A stretch of DNA of 63,716 bases, filler included, from Sphacelaria rigidula (GCA_964200075.2; 10 parts of 10 records of this genome joined end to end with filler, not necessarily neighbours in it), one strand, 5' to 3'. Positions 1-12,838 are shown, counted from the whole stretch's first letter. A program made the numbers and translations. The notes: a model not told the origin generated them from the letters alone.

Positions 1-40
1 GCGCGCCGATCTATCTATACCCGGTTCTGTTAGTTCAATT

Positions 41-1520
41 ATGGCTCGCGTTTTTCTTGACTTTGGATCAGCACTCTCATCAATAAGTGTGGGGTTGCTA
101 CAACAGATGTCTTCACAGTTTGGATGCGCCCAGCTACAGCTACCATTTGAAAATGGACCGCAAATGGCACAGAGCGCCACGGGTGCGCCCGTGACTGTTG
201 ATCATAGAACGGTGCCTATTGCTGTGAGCGTGCGAACGCCGTAGGGGGCTGTGGAGGTGCTGCCAATCACTTTCGCGGTCATGCCTGGCAACGATGACGT
301 GGTGTTGTTTGGCATGGCGACCATGAAGGAACTCGGGGTAGATTTGTATCCGCTGGCTTTGGGAAAGTTACGCCCGCGTGCTGTGCCGGTGCAGACCAGC
401 GTGAACAAACCCAGTTATCTCTCGGCTAGGCGGGTGACGTCCCTGTGTGGTCGTTTCAAAGTGACAGCAAGAAGGATGCAGGTGAAAAGGAAGAGGAAGC
501 TCCAGAGAGTGGAGCCGTACAGCCTATGAGGGTGCAACCCCAGTCACAGGCGACGGCTGCGAAGGCCCAGCCCCATTGCAACGATCTGGTGAAGGCCGTG
601 TGGCTAGCTCAGTGCATTGCAGTTTTCGTGGCGTTTGGGTTACTATACTGCAGTTTGCAGTCGAGCTTGGAGAGAGCGGCGATGGAAATGCCGGAAAATT
701 TCTGCTCCCGACGGGCGAGCGAATCCAAGGTGGGGGCGCACATTCTCCCTCCCCACGAGGATATGGTGCATGGTGGGGATAAGGTGCATGTTACTTGCCC
801 GGAGGAGGTGATGGAATTCAATTTCCTTAGCGATGGAGCGAGCGGTCACTAGAAAATGGTGGGTTGGACGACGGAGATCTGATCCAAGATAATTTGGTGA
901 TCAAAGACGATGTGAGCGACTTCGTGTGGTTGGAGCCCGCGGAGTCTAGTGTGGAGGCGAAGAAGGTGGAGCATTTTCTGACATGCTTCCAAGCAAAAGC
1001 GATGGGGTCGCCGGAGGTATGGGTCGGCGATACGGGATGGCATGTGAAGAATTGTGCGGTGAGAGCGTTTAATAAGACGCTGATGGATCGTACATTTCGG
1101 ATGGTCAATTCGCCGTTGTCCCATCGTAAATGTAAGCGAATGATGCGTGATATTGCTCATATGATGTCAGGTCAGGTGCTTAATAAGGATGGTGTGGTGC
1201 CCTCGAGAGCTGTTGCTATGCGGGACTGTATGTTTGTTCCCGTTCCACCTCTCGCTTCGCCTAAAAAAGCGACTGAAACAGGAGAAATCGTCGATGCGCA
1301 AGCTTTTGTGGAGGCAAAGTATTTGTCGCATTGGTTCAGCAGTAAGAAAATGCTGTTTGGTGGCATGCTGAGATGCACTATGGGGGTGCTACATGTGGCT
1401 GCTAGGAGCTACCGTACGAGAGGAATTGTTGCTCTATGGTGTGCAAAAGGTAGTGGTTCCAGTGCTGCTACTATGCAGGAGCGGACTAGAAGCCTACAAT
1501 GCGGGGATCACCTGAGATGA
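41..1520 (+). mobile_element. Degenerate Ty3/Gypsy-type LTR retrotransposon remnant (aspartic protease plus integrase fragment)
   Basis: Retropepsin-like ARVFLDFGSALSSIS (LD[S/T]G motif) and ITFAVMPGNDDVVLFGMATMKELG, split by a TAG at 242-244. Integrase-core-like LVIKDDVSDFVWLEP...VWVGDTGWHVKN in ORF 864-1520. No RT or RNase H recognised between them. Confidence 0.75.
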
Positions 1521-2190
1521 GTGATATAGGGGTGAGCGCCGGATTGGATATTGTTGAGGAGTAAGTACTTGTGAGGGTGCTTGTTGAGCATGAGGACACA
1601 CATGATGAGTGGTATTTCCGAATCGTTTTCTGACGATTAAAGGTTGTTACAGTGTGCTTTTTGGGTCATATTTGTGTTGCTGTTCGCACATGAAGCATGA
1701 CAGTAAAGCGGGTGTGCTCGGGTTGCGTTCGCTGGAAAATGCTGGTGTACGCGTGGAATTTGGTACGCGTGTGTTGTGCTGCTCTGAATAGCATGCATGA
1801 TGCATGGTTTGTGCAACACGGGTTGCATTGCAGATCCTGAGTCAAATATTGGCATGCATGTACGAATTTTCGTACGCTGAGTGGGATCTTGGCATGCATG
1901 TGTCGAATTTCGCTCGAATGCTACTGATGTGCATGGTGTCTGATGACCGTCAGGGTGGGGCAGTTAACAAAATACTCCTGAATGATGAATGAAATGAAGC
2001 TCGTATAATCGTGTTCGCGCAGGAACACAGTGGAATTATCTTGTGCGATTTTTCCACGCGCTGCCTGTAGGAGGTGGTGATTGCTGCTGTTAGCATGAAA
2101 GTGAGAAAAAGTACGAAATGCGCCGGCTCGTATTGACTGTAGAAGACGGTGACTGCTGCTGATGACGTGAAAATGAGCTGAAACTACGAA

Positions 2191-2750
2191 ATGCGTAGGC
2201 TCGTTGTCTGTGAGCAGAGATCACACGAGTTTTCGTGTGTTTTAGGATCAAAGAAATTATGCACGTATGAAAAACTGATCCTTGCCCGTGGCACGTTTGG
2301 CAATACTGTTCAAGGTATTGCGCCAGGTGAGGTTGTTCAATTTGACTTTTGTACGTCGGAAGTAGCAAACTTGACTGTACTCACTGCCTGGTGGTTTGCT
2401 GTACGTTTGTTATCCCAGATGATTTTATTGATTTTTATGTGATTGATTTGATTTTCTGATTGTCGCACTTTAACCGACCTCCCCAGGGTCCAGCCGTGGT
2501 CTCATTATATGATTTGTCGAATTTCGTTTGGTTGGAACCAACCAAGGCTTGCACTGCCGAGGTTACGGCTAAGTATTTGTTGCAATGGTGCAAGACTTCG
2601 GGGGTGCGGCGTCTGTGGGTTAGTGATACCGCCACGCACTTCAAGAACTAAGTGCAAAAATCCCGCAGCAGAGCGACGCACTGGAGGTGCAACCCATTTG
2701 ATGTTGCGTATACCCATTGGTCGAAAGGTTCTGAAGCAATGGTCATGTTA
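2191..2750 (+). mobile_element. Second Gypsy-type integrase remnant (pseudogene)
   Basis: PGEVVQFDF...(PD)DLSNFVWLEPTKACTAEVTAKYLLQWCKTSGVRRLWVSDTATHFKN...VAYTHWSKG resembles an rve core. It is frameshifted and interrupted by the insertion at 2426-2508. Confidence 0.75.
2426..2508 (-). mobile_element. 5'-truncated retroposon 3' end with (AATC)n-like tail and 7-bp TSD
   Basis: Flanked by ATGATTT at 2419-2425 and 2509-2515. Removing it restores PDDLSNFVWL in the integrase. The same GATTGTCGCAC/(GATT)n end occurs near 15620 and 23125-23260, and a related segment near 63675. Confidence 0.75.
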
Positions 2751-3139
2751 TTGTTTTGGTCGATTGAGATGGGTTCGGTGCGGAAGAAAGTACGTAAAAG
2801 TCTCTTCGGAAGACACATTTTTCTGCGCCTGAATTTGTTGCGCAGGAATTGCGTAAACTGAGGTTGACTCGGGCGCTGACAAGGAAATTAGCGTCGGAGT
2901 ATGACATTCCTTTGTGATTTGGAGCATGCGAATTCGCCTTGGTTTTTCGTTAGTTGTCAAGCTCGCTCGTATCTCTTGAACTCGCTTTGGGGATGCTATA
3001 GCAAAAATATACCAAAGCGTAGTAGATGTAGCATGTAGGATCCTGGATGATAACCAGGGGACAAGGGCATCCTGTGGATGATGACCCTTGCTGTGTAGCC
3101 CATGCCTGACGGTACGGGCTGCAGCTGTTTACTCCATGA

Positions 3140-5160
3140 ATGATACAAAGCTCTGAGAAGGCTCATCGAGCTGCGAGGCCAGATACTGCTGGAGGTGTCA
3201 AAGACCTTATCGGATCTTCATCGGGAGAGGTCCCCACTGGAGCCTCCCCAGGAGGGGGAGTCACTGAAGGTTCACCTGCATCTACAGCACCGTCACCTAC
3301 AGCGGGTTCTTCGCGTGTCAGCACGCGGGCTAATCCACAAGCCCCGATAGACGTCATCTCCGGCGCAGGCAGGAGAAGCGCTCAAGCCCGCGAGCTAAGG
3401 CGCCTGGAGACTTCGGCCAATTTCTACGCCAGGGCAAATATGCGAGACATCGAGGATAGAGTTTCCTTTCTGGAGTATGCGTACTCTGCCACAAATACCC
3501 ACATTCGAAGTTGTTCGGAGGGGGAGAAAGTGGTCATAGTGCCGAACACCTTTCAAGAGGCAATGCGACTGCCAGAGGCGAAGCAGTGAAACGCAGCATC
3601 AGAGAAAGAAATAGAGAGCCTCCGTTTCAATAATGTCTTCACGCTTGTACCCTTCACGGCGATCCCTGCAGGGATGAAAGCCATCGGATCCCGCTGGGTG
3701 TCAAAGGTAAAAGCCGACAACACATACAAGGGAAGACTCGTCGTCCAAGGATGGGGACAAGTACCGGGCATCGACTGCGGCGGCACCTTCACTCCCGTCT
3801 GTAGGCTACAGAGCATCCGTATGGTGCGTGCAGCGGCCGCGGAGATGGACTGGGAAATCTGGCAGCTGGACGTGCAGACGGCATTTCTAAACGCGCCCGT
3901 TGAAGAGGAAATGAAGGTCAAGATGGCCCCGGGCTATGAGGAGAACGATCCCGTGACGAGAGTTCCTCTCGTGATGAAGCTCCGGAAGTCGCCATATGGC
4001 TTTCGCTAGTCGCCGCTGAATTGGTGGAACACCATGGACAAATTTCTGGGGGAGATCGGTTTCACCTCTCTCGCTTCAGATCCCTGCATCTACACCTTCA
4101 CTGACAACGACGACAACGACGAAATCAGGGCCGGTAACTCCCGGGGCGATACCGTAGCACCGCTCTCGGAAAGAGGAAGGTTGTCACGCTTCTCACCCTC
4201 TACGTGGACGATGTGCTCCTTGTTGGAGGGGATGTGGCAGTACTGCAGATGCTCAAGAAAAAGCTCATGGTTCGTTTCAAAATGACGGACATGGGAGACG
4301 TGTCACTTGCACTCGGAATGAGAGTCACCCGAGACCACAAGAATGGGACGCTCACTCTCAGCCAGGAGAACTAGACCAAATCTATCCTGGAGAAGTACGG
4401 CATGGGGGACTGCAATCCGCTGAGCACATCAGGAACGGGAGCAGAGCTGTCATTGAATCAACCGGAAGAGCAACTTCTGGATCCGGCGGCAACACAGCGA
4501 TACCAGGCGATCACCGGCTCGTTAATGTATCTCGCACAAGTGACCCGGTATGATATCCAGTTTGCTGTCAACCAGCTTGCGAGAGCGATGTCAAGACCAT
4601 CAAAAGCACACATGGGTGCTGCGAAACATCTTCTGCGTTACCTTGCGGGGAGTGCTAGTTTCGACATCACGCACAGGAAGAGAGGATTGCAGCTCACGGC
4701 GTTTTCGGACGCCAACTGGAACAACCCGGATAACGGGAAATCGATGTCCTCGTATATAGTCATGCTCTCGAACGCTCCAGTGAGTTTTCAAGTCGGAATA
4801 CAGGGTCTAACTGCTCAGTCGACAATGGAAGCTGATCTTTTGGCGGCAGCGCTAGCAATAAAGGAGGCTGTGTTCTGTTCCAACATGATGATGGAGCTGG
4901 GATTCGGCGAGGCATTATACAGTGTTCCGGTTCACATCGACAACACCTCAACACTTCACGTTGCCGGTAACAGCACCTACAGTGGACGGACCAAGCATAT
5001 GACATTGCGCTACTTCTTCATTCGCGAACTCATTAAGAAGCGGAGGATCACCCTTCATCACGTGGACACCAAGAACAACATCGCCGACATTGGGACGAAA
5101 TACTTGGGCAAACATCGTCACCTGCATCTGCTGCACGTAATCAAGATCTTCAGGACTTAG
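3140..5160 (+). pseudogene. Ty1/Copia pol 3' half (reverse transcriptase and RNase H), disrupted
   Basis: PNTFQEAM, KAIGSRWV, YKGRLVVQG, WQLDVQTAFLNA, KLRKSPYG, and YVDD at 4201-4212. RNase H motifs FSDANW, STMEA, IDN, RTKHM..RYFFIRE and NIADIGTK. Stops at 3587-3589, 4007-4009 and 4372-4374, plus a frameshift before 4201. gag, protease and integrase are absent upstream. Confidence 0.95.
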
Positions 5161-5388
5161 TGAGGACGCGAACAAGGGAGCTGGTCCGATGCGTGCTTTC
5201 TACCGTGTGGTTGGATCACGGCTGTGTTTCGAAGAAATGAGAACGTAGAAAGTGCTGAGTTGAGAATCCAAATGTACATTGAAGGGAATGTGCAGAGATG
5301 TAAGCATGCGTATGCATAAGTAGGCCTAGAATATTCATCCGTCCGGATTTCTTTATATCTCCTGAGTGCTACTTCCATTGAGGGGGAG

Positions 5389-5992
5389 TGTCAAGAATTT
5401 CATGTTGCATAGCACATGTGAGTCAATGTTCAGTAGCATCAAGCTAAAATTACGGAGGTTTGTTCACTGAGTAACAGGCGGGACATTATGCGGGGCAATA
5501 GGAAACGATTGGGGTTGTTGTGCCGCCTTCGAGAATGCTGGGGTGGGAAGGTTGTTCTGAAAACATATCAGTGACTAGTAGTCGCAGGTCAGTCAAGAAC
5601 TCGCCAGATGAATAGATTTGGCGGTTAGATACGTTTTCTAGATTTGGCGGAGCATGCGACATTGAGAGTTATCGAGAAAGATTCCTAATGCGGGAACCCC
5701 GATTGATTGTCCGAGAAGGTAGCACAGTAGCGTAGCGATCTTCGTTGTGACCGTCCCACATGGTCTCACTCTTCATCACTTCTATTCACTTCTCTTCTTG
5801 AGGTTCTCCCCGTATGGTACGTTTTGTCTGTTTGTTCAGGATCTGCTACATGGATAAGTAATAATAAATATACATTCGTGTTCAGACACCTCACTCCTGA
5901 GACGAGGTCAGCGTAAAGCTGCCTATGCCAACCTCTGCAGTCACCTGCCAAGAGGAGTACAACAGTCTCCACGACTACCATATTCCTCAACA
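5389..5992 (+). mobile_element. 3' LTR of the Copia element (about 604 bp)
   Basis: Polypurine tract GAGGGGGAG at 5380-5388 is followed directly by TGTCAAGAAT. The LTR ends ATTCCTCAACA at 5992, giving TG...CA with an imperfect terminal inverted repeat. Confidence 0.8.
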
Positions 5993-6130
5993 ACCCTTAC
6001 CCCGGGTAGGGGTATGGGAGGCTCACAGAGCTCACAGAACTGTCGAGTACCTGTAGTGGATGAAAGTCTTCATACGTCGGACGAGCACGAGTGTGACTCG
6101 TGGCACTCGCACTCGTTGGGCTGCTCCTTG

Positions 6131-6283
6131 GCCGTAAAAATGAATAGGGTGAGCACTCGAGTCATCGCTTGTTGGCCGTAAAAATGAGTAGGGCGAGCAC
6201 TCGAGTCATTGCTCGTTGTGGAAACAAATGAATAGGGCGAGCACTCGAGTCATTGCTCGTTGTGGAAACAAATGAATAGGGCG
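6131..6283. repeat. About 42-bp tandem repeat running into the contig end
   Basis: Repeated AAATGAATAGGGCGAGCACTCGAGTCATTGCTCGTTG units, about 3.5 copies. Confidence 0.85.
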
Positions 6284-6383
6284 NNNNNNNNNNNNNNNNN
6301 NNNNNNNNNNNNNNNNNNNNNNNNNNNTTAATTAATTAANNNNNNNNNNNNNNNNNNNNNNNNNNNNNNNNNNNNNNNNNNNN
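6284..6383. other. Artificial contig-joining spacer (first of nine)
   Basis: N44-TTAATTAATTAA-N44, which has stops in all six frames. Identical spacers at 12667-12766, 19049-19148, 25431-25530, 31812-31911, 38193-38292, 44574-44673, 50955-51054 and 57336-57435. Contig lengths are 6283, 6283, 6282, 6282, then 6281 six times. Confidence 0.97.
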
Positions 6384-7339
6384 GGCCCAATTCGACGACT
6401 CTTGAGCTGAAATTTCAGGTAGATCTGCTGCACCCAAGGAACTGATACTTCACGTGAGCAGCTGCAGATTCTCCTTTTTCCCCTGGACTCATGACATTAT
6501 CTTGTTTTTTCTGGAATTTCAAATGCCCACAACTTTTTTCTTCTTGTTCTTCGCTGCTCACGTGATCTTCTGCATTTTGATCATGAAAAGCTGCTGTCAA
6601 AATTTCAGCGTCCAACTCCTACTATCGCGCCGTGCGTCGCCTGAGCGAGATTCACACCTACTCTTGGCTGGCCCAGCTCGTAGCCAATACAATCATTGGT
6701 TCCTCTGTCAATAAAAACGAACGCGGAAGAAACAGCACACACAAACACACACATACCAACCTGCACCGATACCAAAGACACATGTACGAGCACTGAATGC
6801 AACCAGCGGCAGGTGTTGCAGGATGTACGCTGCTGGGATTTTTGCAAACGATCCCCTCGCTTCGAGCTGTCCAAGGCGCCGTGAGAGATCGACTGACGAT
6901 GTCTAGTGTGCGCAAACATGTCCTCGAAGGTGCAACAGTGCTGCTGCAACAAACAGCGCCGGTGCGTTTGAAAACACTACAGTGGGTCTTAGCAGCCGGA
7001 AGACAAAGTTGTACTGCCTGTACCAAAACAGTACGCGGCTCCCTCAAAAGAAGCCGAGAATCAATCATACGGTGAGGGATACGAATCGCTCACAAAACAT
7101 TTAGGAAACTTTCCCCCGAAAGAGTCCTGGCGCTTCCTGATGGGCAAATCAAGCTAGCCAGACAGAAACAAAGGATCCGTCCGGTCGGTTCCGAGAAAAC
7201 CCCGGAAGGCCTTCCGCACAGATCACACACTCTGCCGCAGGTTCATTCATCATGGGCGTACTGATGATTCATTTTTCAATTGAAGATTAATACGACACAG
7301 ATGCCGACCCTGGGGGTAACTATAGACAAAGCCAAATTA

Positions 7340-8160
7340 AAATAGAGAGCGCAACAGCAGTACAATGCAGTACAAAAGTTGTGTGGTACAGAGAGTATAG
7401 TGCAGTGTTGTCTTATCTCTCCCCCTGCTGCCTTCCTTCCCTTCTTCGATGGGCACCATAAATGATCAGATTGCACGACATACTTGAAAAGCGTTGAACC
7501 CAGGCGCCTCCACGGCGGGTCACCTGAGGTCTTGCATTCATCCTTCAAGTCAAAATGATGCCAATGCACAACAGATTACTCTTCCTGAAGGTGGCTGTAT
7601 GTAGATGGGCAAAGCTGAACAAGGCTCAATACAGCACAGGACAATTCAGCACGATGTAGAACTGTACAGTTCAGGAGAGTGTTGCCTTCTCTCCCGCTCC
7701 CCCCCTGCGTTCCTCCCTACTGCTCCCATTATCTAGTCATGGCTACGTGAACTAGATTACAAAAAACCTGATGACAGCGGGGACTCGTCCTGCCCCCAGC
7801 TCTGGAATTGAACCCTTCGACCTCCACAATCTGGGTCTCGGTCTCATCTTTCGAGTCAAAATTATGACAATGCACAACAGATGACTCGCCCTGAAGGTGG
7901 TTATATGTAGATGGGCAAAGCCGAACAAGACACAACAGTACAATGCAAGGCAATGCCGTACAGTACAGTTCAGCACAGTGTTGTCTTCTCTCTTTCCCGC
8001 CGTGCGTTCCTTTCCACTGCTCCCATTATCTATGGATATAACCATGGGCCAGATTGGAAGAAGCCCGTGGAGAATGTGAACTCGTCCTGCCCCCAGCTAT
8101 GTACGTGAACCCTTGGGCGTCCATGGTGGGCAATCTGGGCCCCTTTCATACTTCGAGTTC
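7340..8160. repeat. Degenerate tandem duplication, about 300-bp period
   Basis: TGCACAACAGAT..CCTGAAGGTGG...ATGTAGATGGGCAAAG at about 7565 and 7871. GAACCC...CTCCA motifs recur near 7496, 7810 and 8107. Confidence 0.65.
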
Positions 8161-9579
8161 AATCATGCGAATTCAGTATATGCGAACACAACACTCAGGC
8201 CTCATACAAGTAGCAGCGCAGAGATGATGTACAGCCGGCAAGCCACATGTGGCGGTAAAGGTGGACTCTGCATAACCAAGAAAGAGAAGAGCACAAGATA
8301 ATCACCATGTTGTCCGTTCCAGTACACACCACGCTCTCTTACGCGGGTCCCCAGAGCGGCTGGGTATACAAGACACAACGCTTCTCTGTTACAAGCTTGT
8401 CGGAGTGCATCACACACGGACATACTTTCACGGGACCGAAAGAAGTTACTCCGGCGCAGACTTCTCCTCTCTTCTCGCCTCCACCGTCCCGTCTGCGTGT
8501 ATTTTTTGTCACGTGCTCTTGTCGCGGACGATGGTTTGTTGGGGAGTCCTTCGATAGGCCGGCTAAATCAGAGACGATCTCGTCGATCACGAGTGCGATT
8601 CGAGCGCTGTTTTTTGCGTTGTGTGCTTGAAATCACAATGCATGTTCTGATTACTTCGCTTTCCGGGAACGTCCCACGCTCCGCACATCAGGCGGCGAAA
8701 TGTGTTTTTTTTGCAGGGTTTGAGTAAACGCTAGAAGAGGTGAGAAGAAAATAAGTTATCTTGCAGTACGTGTCAGGGGTGTGGACGTGTATGTGGCGCC
8801 TGAACAGGGAGAACGTCGCTTAAACGCACGATTTTCCCGTTCTAGTGTTCAATCAAATGTATCCACATGGAAGAGAGGAAACGAGGATGAGATGTCTATG
8901 GTCGATAAAATTCCGTCGAACGGCCTGACAAAACTCGGAGCCTAACACCCCCCGATTCGCATCCATAACAGTAGCGGCTTGCTCGAAAAAATTGAATAAT
9001 GTCAAGGGCAGGTCATGGAAACCTTATTCAACTCAACGTCAAATACCACCGCAACCCTGCAGCATCGACTACGAGTTGAGTATACTTTATTCATTTTTTG
9101 TTGGCGACAACTTGCGCATCTTCTCTCGTGGTAGGGTCAGCGACGTAACTTCGAGATCCGGTGGGCAACCGAGTTGCGTGCACGCTTATGGACAGTGCAG
9201 GCAGTACAAGCTGCATGTCGTTGAAGTCATTTTCATGTCGCAGTGTAAGCGGAGAGAACAGATAGTCCTGGGCTATTTGCACTGCACGTTGTCAACTTCG
9301 CGTTAAAATCCTTCTGTACGAAACACGCACAAATGAACTCAAGATACACTCCTTGCAAGCAGAGACTACAGGCTGTAATGTACACGCGTGACCATTCACC
9401 TTTTCACGAAATTCACCGTCATTTTTCGATCGAAAGCTTGAAATTCGCTTGGACCCAACTTGACAAAAAAAAACGATTGTCGCTCGAATCGATTCCACCG
9501 CCCCATTTTTTCGATCGAACCCAAAAGTGCCAAGTCACGTCCTCAAACGCTCTCCGCACTGCTGGACGACGTTTTTGAA

Positions 9580-9985
9580 GTCGGTATAGAGGGTACGGTA
9601 GGTACCCGGTACTTGTATCTGGGACATCTCGTACCCTACCGATAACGACCCAATCGGGAATTTTTCAAATATCATACCTACTATACCTCTGATACCACGG
9701 TATTCGAGATATCCGTACCTACCGTACCTGCCCAATCGAGTATTTTTCAAATGCCATACCTACGATATCTACAATACCACCGTATTTCCATATTTCAGTA
9801 CCTACCGTGCCCGCTCAATCAGGTATTTCCAAAACTCATAGCTGCGATACCACGGTATTTCGATGTTTCAATACTTCCTGTACTCAGTCAATCAGGTATT
9901 TCCAAAACTGAAACCTACGATACCCACGCATACCACGGTATGAGATACCCTGGTAAATAATCGGGATACGTTCGGTACGGTGCAT
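9580..9985. repeat. Degenerate GTACC/GATACC-rich tandem array
   Basis: Repeated ATACCTAC, GATACCACGGTATT and AATCAGGTATTTCCAAAACT motifs. Confidence 0.75.
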
Positions 9986-10761
9986 TACTCACGGTTCCCG
10001 TGCAATCATTTTCCCTCGTCGACCGTGACATCCAATTTTTTTAATTCGATCGATCGTACGACCGAGGAAAGATGAGAAAAAAATGTACCCCACAAACTTT
10101 GAGTTTTCGACTTTCAATGACATCAAATGATCCCCACAGCTTGGGGCACTACCAGTATAGTGTACTACGTCATTTTTTTATATTTCATATTTTCCAACTG
10201 TGCTGGACGTGTGCGTGGGGTACTTGTTCACCATGCGCGGTATAAAAAGCGGGGGTACAACCCTGGACACTGGCCGCCCAGGAGATCATATCCGAACAAT
10301 TGTGACTGTAGCTGGGGAATACCCCGCTTAGAGTTCGATAATGTATAGTCGTAAAGCATCATCAGGCAACGCGGCCTGCACATGCCGCAGTCTTCGGGGG
10401 TCATGACGTTGAGCGATCATGTTGCCATCCCGGTACGTGTAATTCTCCATGAACAAGCGGGGGTGGTATTCTCCGTCATCTATCGTCGAATGTTGAAGGT
10501 TTTCATGCTCGTGTTGAGGAGATAGGAGACATGAGCCATAACATCTTGGCTTTTCATGGATTGAACCGCAGACCCCAGTCAAGCAACAACAAGAACAAAT
10601 ATATTGGGATAGTCTAGTCCCTGGAGAACGTTTCATGCACACCGTTTGGGTTTGGTAACTAGACATGGACAGCGTGGCAAACGGCCACAACGGTCAGTAT
10701 ACTACAGTACACCAGCACAGTTGGGCAGTGCAGCATCGCACAACGAATAAAGCTTGGGTAC

Positions 10762-10913
10762 CTGGGGCCCCAGGCTCTTGTTCTCTTGACGCCAGATGTT
10801 CGAGTGCCATGCTGAAGCATTACCGCTGACGGTCGTGACGAGAGACCTAAACCAAATCCATTACATCCTTGTAGGATGGCTCCCAGAGCGAGGGCGCAGC
10901 AGCCGTGCTTCAT
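10762..10913 (-). CDS. Putative first exon encoding a signal peptide plus transit-like peptide; rest of the gene unresolved
   Basis: MKHGCCALALGAILQGCNG-FGLGLSSRPSAVMLQHGTRTSGVKRTRAWGP has a hydrophobic leader, F at the predicted +1, then a Ser/Arg-rich stretch without acidic residues. It ends at AG|GTACC. No clean downstream exon found. Confidence 0.35.
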
Positions 10914-12482
10914 GATCAAATAGCTCTGGCAGTAGCGCAGCGGCAGTATCCGGTTGGTTTAGCATCATTACCCCGTTTATTTTGTGTCATGATCCACTCA
11001 AGGTATTGGTGAGTACCCTTGATCGTGATCCAATGGTGCCCTTCATTGTCATGCGCGTAAATCTGGAGGTAGTTCGGGTTGCATCTGCCCCTGATCATAT
11101 AATCTGTGTTTGCTCTCTTTGTGTACAAGTACTCGCTGAGAAAACGGTGATACACCAGTATGATATTGTACAGTACAGTGCGCTTGTGTGCGATCGTCTT
11201 GTTCGGTATAGTGTGGTTTCTTGACTCCAAGAAGTGTCATCATGTTTACTCGAACCGATGTATGTTTTACGTACTAGATTTCCGCAAAAAATGTGACTCC
11301 CTCAGGCAAGAAAAATCAACAGAAATCTCGACTCTTCCTCATGCTTCGGTATCACACTGACCAGCCACCACTGAAATCTTATAAAGCTCGCTTCATGCCG
11401 ACAAATTAAAGCAAAGTGCAGCCAAGAGCGATACGAAACGCAAGTCTTCCTCCACAGCTCAGAATCGCGTAAACAATTGTCCGGCCTCAATCTACATTTT
11501 CCATTTTACTGTACAGAATACATTTTCTGCTGCGATATTCGTGTCTGCTTCAGGTGTGTGCACTGTGCGGTCATGTACTCGACTCTGTAACAGCGTACCC
11601 ACGGTCATTGTAGTACTATACAATATTTTGTTGACCCCTTGTTGACCCAAGTATGACACAAGTATACACACAACACTTTGGAGTATGGCACAAAGTCTGG
11701 TGAAATAACTGCTTCAACTGGTTACAAAACCGATCAGTTCACCAGTTGTGCCAATTAGCTGTAACTGGCCAGTTAAACTGGCAGCCAGTTCACAACTCTG
11801 GTGTTTCTTGGTGTTCTTCACCCGCTGTCGACATCTATTATTTTTGCACAGGTAGACGCAAAGGTGCAGAAGAAAACCATACATCGCTTCATCTTGCAAA
11901 CCAAGACACATCCAGCAGACTTCGTCGCCGAGACGCGGAAGAAGACCAGAGTCCTGCTACGATTGGGGGGGAGGGGGGGGGGGGGGGTTTTGGGGTGTTT
12001 CCTTCCACAAAATTTCACTTCGATCGCCGTTGGAAGAAGCCAACAGGTGTTCGACCGCGCTTGCCCCCGATAAATAACGTTCATCCGTACTGCTTTACAC
12101 CGCTTTCACCAAAATACAAGCGCACCGCGAGTGTTTCGCGTCTTTTGACGCATCAAGGTGCACATTTTTTCGTGCATGGTTCACCACAGGGGCTGTTTTT
12201 TTTGTGCTTTAATACTTCGCATACTAGCCGCGAAAATACCGGGCACATATCGCTGTTTGAAGATCATGGCCAATACCAACGACTTGCTCTGGCGCGCCAA
12301 ACTCATCGCAAAACACAAGAATTGGACGAGCACAAGAGATGGAGTTGACCGCAAGTATCACGGGGAAACAATCAAAAACAACAAATTGAGGTTTAACTCC
12401 GAGATGAGGTTCAAGCCTAAAACAGTGCTTTCCCCAAACTTTCAGCGATGGTGCCCAATGACTTTTTTGTCGGCCTAATGCC

Positions 12483-12666
12483 CTTCGATCGCGTAAATAC
12501 TTTTTCAGCGTAATTCACCGACTTTGTGAGCTTACAGCGCTGACAGAAATCGTCATTTCCCCCCCTTTTTGAGGGGGGTAATATCAGGGAAAATGATGGT
12601 TTCTGTCAGCGCTGTAAGCTCGCAGAGTCGTTGAATTGCGCTGAAGAAGTATTTACGCGATCGAAG
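12483..12666. repeat. Long inverted repeat/hairpin (80-bp arms)
   Basis: 12483-12562 versus the reverse complement of 12587-12666: 72/80 identical. The right arm is cut by the contig end. Confidence 0.9.
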
Positions 12667-12766
12667 NNNNNNNNNNNNNNNNNNNNNNNNNNNNNNNNNN
12701 NNNNNNNNNNTTAATTAATTAANNNNNNNNNNNNNNNNNNNNNNNNNNNNNNNNNNNNNNNNNNNN

Positions 12767-12838
12767 CGGCTTTGTAGGTATGCGAGGTCAATGGTCTGAT
12801 GACTATGGCATGCATGATTATGAGTACACCCCCCCCCC
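12767..12838 (+). mobile_element. Poly(C)-ended retroelement 3' end, subfamily B
   Basis: CGGCTTTGTAGG.ATGCGAGGTCAATGGTC..ATGACTATGGCATGCATGAT.ATGAGTACA followed by C11. Confidence 0.8.

Noticed and set aside
6131..6283. CRISPR-like appearance of the 42-bp repeats, and of the arrays at 34700-35870 and 54800-55320
   Set aside because: The units are contiguous with no unique spacers, no cas genes are present, and the context is eukaryotic.
6328..6339. Periodic TTAATTAATTAA motif
   Set aside because: Synthetic linker inside N runs.
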